DNA of 60,000 bases from Vicugna vicugna (taxonomy: Eukaryota), in contig MU058059.1 of NCBI GenBank assembly GCA_013265495.1, positions 3,635,502 through 3,695,501 of the forward strand, read 5' to 3'. Positions within the stretch are counted from its first letter, which is position 1; the number at the start of each line of letters is the position of its first letter. The position numbers were made by a program, and so were the translations under genes. Positions 53,131 through 60,000 of the stretch are shown here, piece after piece. Under the pieces are notes generated by a model that was not told the origin of the DNA, did not search any database, and was given only the letters and a program-made list of their open reading frames with translations.

Positions 53131-56100
53131 TTAGGAAGTCACGTGTTGAAGGTGTGAGGGCTACTTCTGGAACACATGCTGTCCTGGGAAGGGAACAAGC
53201 TGGAGCCGTTAGCACCTTCTGTAAGCGGTCTGTCGGGCTCGCTTTTGCAGCAGGAGAGATGCTGAGCGAATGAGCCACGCGTCTGATGAAGCAGGAGGAA
53301 AAAGCAGCAGACGCTGGAGGGGCCGGGCGGGCAGCTGACCCACCCACGGTCCTGCCGAGCTGGGGTTCGGATCCAGGTCTTCTGGACTCCAAGACCCGAA
53401 GGCTTGCCTTTGTGACACTGTAATACTGCTGCCACAGTCAAGGTGGCCGAAGGGAAGTCACCCCCGAAAGACCCCCGCGTGCCCCTCTGCGCCTCTGCAC
53501 CCAGCAGGGGCAGCTCCGACGTAGGGGCTCAGCTGCAGTGCTCCCCAGACTCAGGCTCCGGGAGGAGCACGGCCATGGGGTGAGCAGGCGCTCACACCTG
53601 CACCCACGACCCCAGAGCTCCCAGGCGCACTACGCTGCAGAGGCGTGCCTTTCCAGACCCGGGGCCGGGGTGCCGAGAGGCGCTTCCTTCCATGACGTTC
53701 GTGAAAAAGAGTATTTCCTAAGTTCCAAGTGAACTTGGAATGTTTTGCTAGAGAAAAAGGTGACAGGCGTCCTTCAGAGTTCTTCTGGGGCCGAGTGGGA
53801 AAATCCCTGTCTTCTCTGTGGTCCCTTTACACTCAGTGATACACACAGGGCGGCGAGCAGGTTGCAGAAGATCTTGCTGTTGCCTTTCCGCCGGGTGGCC
53901 TGGTGTTTACGGCAGCATTTCTGCGGCAGTTGGGTCGCTGCTTCTTGGAGAAGGTGCCGGAGACTCTCTGAACCAGAAGACCCCCCTGTTCAGTCGGGCT
54001 CCTGTTCAGTCGGGTGTTGAGGAACCAAGGTGGCCGCCTTTTCAGGTGGAGACGGAGCCTCGGGAACCTCGACTCCTCACCCAGCAACTCTCAGAACATC
54101 CTTGTCCAGTCAGGACGAGGTGACAAGACCTGCTCTAGAACAGAGTGAGTGTTTGAAGACCTACCAGGGACCGGGGAGTCAAGAGAAAGGCGCTGCATTG
54201 TCGACAGAATGCAGCTTTAGTTTGTGTCACACGCGTGACTTGTGATTTTCAGACTTCAGTGTGTGTGAAATCGTGAGGGAGCTGGTCAAAGTGGAGACTC
54301 CTCGCTCCGACTCGAGGGGATCTGCCTCATGGCCTGAGCTCCAGAAAAGCTTTAATTTTTAATAAGCAGCTCAGGTCCAAAGCAGAATTCCAGCTGCCTG
54401 GCTAACAGCTTGTCAGAAGAACAGCCCAGGATCTTCTGAACCAAGGATCTTATAACTCTGTTTTAAGGGAAAACTGGAAAAATAACTTGAAAGCCCCAAA
54501 ATACAGAGCTGGGCGGTGAATTACGGTGCAGAGATACCGTGGAATATCGTGCAGCCAGTAAACGTGGCACGCGTACATACTAACGGGAATGCGAGTGAAA
54601 GGTGGGTCCCGGCGAGCACCGGCAGATCGTGGGAAGGTGTAGCGGAAAGAGGTGCGCTTGTCTGCAGTGCAGCTTAAGTGTGCCTGCTGAGTTATTCTAT
54701 AAAGTGTTCACCACAAGCTCAGCGTAAAGACCATCATACGTTTTGCATTTTGTGCTGATACCGGGCTCCAGGACACAGAAGTAACTCCCAGCTGCAGGGA
54801 GCTGCTGGCCAAGCGATGAGGGAAGGGCCTAGAGGGATCTAGAGAAAAACAGCAGGGTTTGGGGCCAGGAGGTTTGTGTTTGAGTTTCAACGTTCCTCCC
54901 AGAGTCAGGGCCCTGGTAAGTATCTTAACCTCTCTTAGTCAGTTTTCAAGCCTTTAAAATGAGACCAGTAACAGCAACAATAACCATTTTGACCTCAAGT
55001 GTTGGGATGATGGTTATATGAGGCTGAGGAAGACGGAAGTTCTTCGTAGGCTATAAAATGATGTGCAAATAAAGATTATTTTCGTAACCTGTTATGCAAA
55101 GCAGAATGGTGAAATGTCAACACTGAGAAGCCTTTCCTCTGGGAAGTGTTTCTTTTTTTTTTTAATCACCTATAATTTTGGAAAGTCCTCTTTGGTCTGT
55201 TTATTTTTATTTTTTTTGATGGAGGTACAGGGGCTCGAACCCTCCATGGGTGTGTCCCCCTGTTTTGCTGGAAAGACTGGCTGGACAAGGGGTCAGTGTC
55301 TCTGACTCCCACGGGAAGGCAGCAAGCTATGCCCTGCTGGAGATGGACTCGGGGAATTTGCCAGGTTTTTCCGGTAAGCCAAGAAGTCCTCGTTAATTTC
55401 GTGGTCATTGCCACCCTGTGTATCGAAGATTCTCTGCTTCAGCGTAAAGCTCCCAAATACGGTGTTTTCACGAGCATGGCTGGGACACCGCCAAGTGCCT
55501 GAGGCGTATAAATATTTACCCGCCAAGCAAACGCACACGGAGATGTGTCTGCCTCGCATCAGTGCAGTGGCCTCTGGCATTGATTCTCAGAGTGAGGCCA
55601 TTTTATGGATTATTTCCAGCTGGGGCGAAGGCAGCTTATCAATGGCCACCAAGCCTGTGAGGGACAGTCTGCCTTTCCTGAGGGAAGGTGGTGCTTTGTG
55701 TACAGAGAGGCAGGGGTGACCCCGATCTGGCCTGAGTGTCCTTACAAAGCGGGGAGGGGGAGAGGAGCACGTGGAGGCGTCAGCTTCAGGCCGGCTGGAG
55801 TTTGACTCTGAGCTTTAGTGCGCTCTGTGACTTCCTGTAAATCATGCACCCTCTCTGAACTCCACTGCCTTCTCTATAAACTAGGAGAAGCTGTCCAGAT
55901 TCTGTGGGGTGCTGTGGGGGTTGGGGGCGCAGGTGCATGCGGAGCATCTGGCCAACAGCGTGCGCTCAGTGATACCATGTTCCTTTCTTTTGAATTATGT
56001 CTTCTTTCTAAACCTTAGGGTTCTCTGCAGTCTCATGTTCCTTCCCCAGGATGTTCCTCTGTAGTCCTGGGGTGTCTGTGTAGTGAAATTGAATCCACAT

Positions 56101-59100
56101 GTTCTTCATCTGTGTGTATACTAAAAACAGCAAAATGTTATTCCAGGAGATTTGTTTGATGTTCAAAAAAAGTGGCAGCTCTGGGAGGGTGTCTGGCGGC
56201 TCCTAAGACATCTCGTCCAACTAGAGTTCAAGGCCACTTGTGTCCCCTCCCTTAGACCAGCCTGGAAGACAACCCATCTGTGTGACAGTAAAGAACGACA
56301 CGGGATTGCATTTTTGCTATGAAACATGACCATAAATATTTTCTCATTGAATCATCACCCACAATAACTGTGAGTGTGTATGTGTGTGAGTCTGTGTGGT
56401 TATGACCTTATTATCCGACTTCACAGATGGGTAAACTGAGTCTTGGGGGATCAAGCAACTCATCCAAAGGCAAAAAAAAACTACCAACTGCTTTTGGCCA
56501 GAGTGAGTCAGACCATATTTCCTGTCTCCACATCTGGAGCAGGCCAGGCTCCCCAGGCCTAGAGATCGGAGGTTGTCAGATGTGCTCCCTGGGGTGTGGT
56601 TTGGCTTGGTTTTTTCTGAGAACCCTGCAGAGGTCTCAGCATTGAGGCAGATCTCATGGACAGATGCATGGGCAGTGAACGAAGCTACCAGGGGTTGGGA
56701 TCCACGCGAAATTTGCAGGCTGAGTGATTGAAGGAAAATCTGGGAGCATCACAGAAGGGAGAGCACTGGGGGTTCAGAGGTGGCTTTATCCCTGGAGGCT
56801 TTCCTTATTTCATTCTGCAGTTTGGATCACGGTCCAGCTGTGCACGTGGCACCGTGCTAGGTGCGGGAGACCCAGGGACGGATGGAGTCAACCGTGAAGG
56901 ATGGAGCCGCCTTCCGGGATGCAGGGCAGCCCTCCGTCTGGTGCTGTGGATTCACAGGTGGTGGTGGGGGGCGCTCAGGGGAGGGAAGGTGCTTTGCTGC
57001 AGGCCGGCCAGCTGGCTGTGAAGTTCCTGGCCTTCCATCTCCTGACGTGGCCCCACTGCCCCCGCGGCCGGCGGCCCCGAGGAGAGGAGTCACCCAACAC
57101 CAGCCTTCTGTCTCCGTAGGTGGGAGGGGCACACAGTCTGGCCGGATGGGGGCACCAACCTCTGGATTTTCCTTCCCATTTCTCTGGCGTGGTTGACGGT
57201 GTCCACCTGCTGGATCCTTGTGGGAGGAAAGCCAGGGCAGCTCCCCTGGAGGACCAGCAGGGACCCAGTGCCCGGTCCCAGGTGCTGATGCTGCACCCCG
57301 AACGTGGGAGCCAGGAGAGCATGCCGGGGCCCGTCTCCCCGCCTCCTCCCTGCGCTCAGGAGGACATAGCCCTGGCCCTGCCTCTAAGTGGCGGCCCCAG
57401 GAGAGTTCAGATTCTGTCAAGTGGTGCCTCATAAACCCAGGAAACAGAGGGAAATAACCCAGAATATACCACAGATGGGGGCCCCGTCCTCACGCGTCGG
57501 GCCCCGGGCCGCCTACACCAAGACACCCGGTCACTTCATTTCAGCAAAGAGCCCTTTCTTCCCGAGCCAGGACTTTATGTCTTTAATCTTTCCCAGAAGA
57601 AAAGAGTTCTTATTACGCCTCCATCTTATCACATCGCTGGGCATCATGAGCACGCTGCTATCGCCGCTCCCCTCTGAGTAACCGGCCCTGAGTGATCCTG
57701 GCCCGTCTCAGGAGCCGTGCTCGAGAAACGACGACCCCGCGGTCACGCGGGCATCAGCAGAGGCCACCTCGCAGGCCCTGTGGAGTAACCCGCCGGGTCT
57801 TTGCCGGCTCTTCCTGATAAACAATGATGCAAACAGTTCTCTGCCCAAAACTCCGGCAAAGAGAGCCTTTCTGCACAGACACGCTTTGGCACCTGCAGCC
57901 AGAGCCCGACATCCTGCAGCAACCTCATCCTGATGTGTGGCCTCTCCTGTTGGCTTCGTGTCCTGAATCAAAGCCACAGAAGGGAGCAGAGGTGCAGCAC
58001 CTGGTGTCTTTGGTGGCCCAGGAGCAAGCAGGTGTTATCCCTTCAGGTGTCGAGCGCTGTTGGGAAGACAGCTTGGTGACAAAGGAGGCATTGTCTTCTG
58101 ATCTGCAACCTCAAGATAAGGACAGATATCAGAACAGCCCGGCAAGGGTAATGGCTTTGGGAACGGCCGTGGGGCTGAAGGCTGGAGACGCCGATGCTCG
58201 GATAGGCGCTCAGATGGCGGAAGTGCCTGGTACTTGGGGAGCACCTGGCTCTCCCTCCAGCAGATGCCTCGTGCCCAGGGGCACCCCCAGGGAGACTTAA
58301 TTGCTCCCGGGGAGGGTATGCCTGGCCATTGGTGCAGATTCTGTTTGCACTCTCCAGGAGATTTTCATGGGCAGCCAAACCTCTCCCTCTGATGAAAATC
58401 ACCCAGTCTGGTGGGATCAGGAAGGAACAGACAAGCTGGTGACTCTGAGGGACTGAGGCGTGAGCGAAGGGCAGAGAGGAAGATGGTGTCGGGACAGGAA
58501 CAGAGCAGTGGGCTTGGGGCTAGATGTGGGGTGCAGATGACTTTCTGGAGGAACAGGATGGCGGTGAATTTGGCAGGAGCGCCGCATGGAAGTTGGGCGG
58601 GAAGGAGACCAGGGGCAGAGGCGCAGGGAGAGACCGCTCTGAAGACTGGTGAGTTGGCAGCCCGTCCTCAGAGCCAGGGGTGGGGGCCCACTTTGGTGCA
58701 CAGAGCAGCGTAGGTGACATCAGGCAGTCGAGGGAGCATCTCGGCTGCAGCGTGGAGGAGGGATTGCCCAGCAAGACTGGGGCCGGAGGCCCCCACTACG
58801 GTGGCCTGAGCAGGTAAAAAGCACACTTGCAAGGAGAGGACCTGGAATCCACAGGTTGTGCCAAAGCCTAGCCGAATCCAGCTGCTTATGAGCCGCCTGG
58901 GCTGACACCATCTGTACGACTGAGGTCCACTCACCTTTGTGGGGGTGATTTTCTAGGGTCTGCTTGCTGTGAGGTTTCAGGCCTCTGAACGTCCCCTGCT
59001 GGGATCAGCTTTGTTTAGATTTTATACTCTGTTGTTTTTGGCAAAACCCTTTTGGTTTAGGAGAGACGAAGACAGTCTGTCTCAGTGAAAGTTTGTCCAA

Positions 59101-60000
59101 GAGCTGAGTTATCTGTGTCAAAAGGGAGGTCACGTCAGGGGAGAGTAGCAGGGGACTAGGTCCGTGAGGGTCACACGATGACACCTGGCATCGATTTCAC
59201 ATGCCCAACCAAGGAAGCTTGGCGGCACGAGCCTGGGTCCCGTCAGTCAAGGTGGATGCTGGCGGCACGGTGGGCGGGGGTGGCTGACGGCGGCTGCCAG
59301 TCTCCCTCCCGGGGCAGCCCACGTGGGTCTGCTCCGTGGAGACCGGTGAACAGAACGAGGGCCAAACCAAATCTGTTTCTGTTGCCTTTGGCCCTGACGC
59401 AGCAGAGAGTGGAAATACTGGTTTGGCATTGCAACACTTGCTGGTTTTCCCGTGGGCAAATGGGATTTCAGGTCATCGCAGCTTTCTTTTTCCTTCTTTT
59501 CTGTCTTGTTTGAGTGCACATGTGATCTTTAAAATCGGATGAAAAACAAAGCTGTGCTTGGAAGAGAAACCCGGACGGTGTCATCCCGAGGGCTGTGTGA
59601 GTGGTTTTGGTCACAAGGAACGAGGCCTGGGCGGCCGGGTGTGCAGACAGCTCGGAGAACACGGCCTAACCGCGTCTGGCTGGGAGAGGAAGTCAAGTGT
59701 AAAACAGAGTAGAAAGTTCTTTCACAAGGTGTCCAGGAGGGCCTCGGCAGGGCTGGCTCGATTAAGCAGTCTTCCTCAGTGGAATCTGGGGAACAAAGAG
59801 ACGCTCAGAGAAGCATGTGGGCCACGGAAACAGGTGGCCCGGCCACTTCACCCCAGGGCTCATGCGTGAGTTCTGAGCCTCTTCCTTCCGTTTTCTTTGG
59901 AGTGCTCCCCAGGCTGGCGCTGTGTCTGGGACACACTGGCGGCATCTGACGGTGGCCCGTGCTGAGGGCCCCAGCGGGAGGGCTCAGTGCTGTCGGCAGA

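Noticed and set aside
21298..59869. Many 100-250 aa ORFs (e.g. 21298-22056, 40794-41426, 45311-45976, 52661-53392)
   Set aside because: They are low-information Pro/Gly/Arg/Ala-rich translations, as expected in GC-rich DNA or repeat remnants, with no family motifs or coherent exon structure.

Overview
Mammalian genomic DNA, probably camelid (judged from SINE and L1 3'-end sequence resemblance; not database-checked). It holds the 3' part of the VAPA gene on the + strand: exon 3 (1883-1986), exon 4 (2423-2503), an alternative cassette exon (8323-8433), exon 5 (11885-12058), and terminal exon 6 (CDS 14609-14767, AATAAA at 15337). About 45 kb of GC-rich non-coding DNA with L1, LTR, DNA-transposon, SINE and microsatellite remnants follows. 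The standout is a 1283-bp insertion (12608-13890) in VAPA intron 5. It is an intronless copy of the gene's own 5'UTR and exons 1-5, followed by a second copy of the first 549 nt of intron 5, so exon 5 plus that intron segment (723 bp) is duplicated. It has no poly(A) tail, no short TSD and no L1 endonuclease site. This looks like a spliced copy written back into its own locus (RNA-templated break repair or homology-driven cDNA integration). The copy keeps an open frame and a donor site, so it could splice to the shared exon 6 and give a full 249-aa VAPA.
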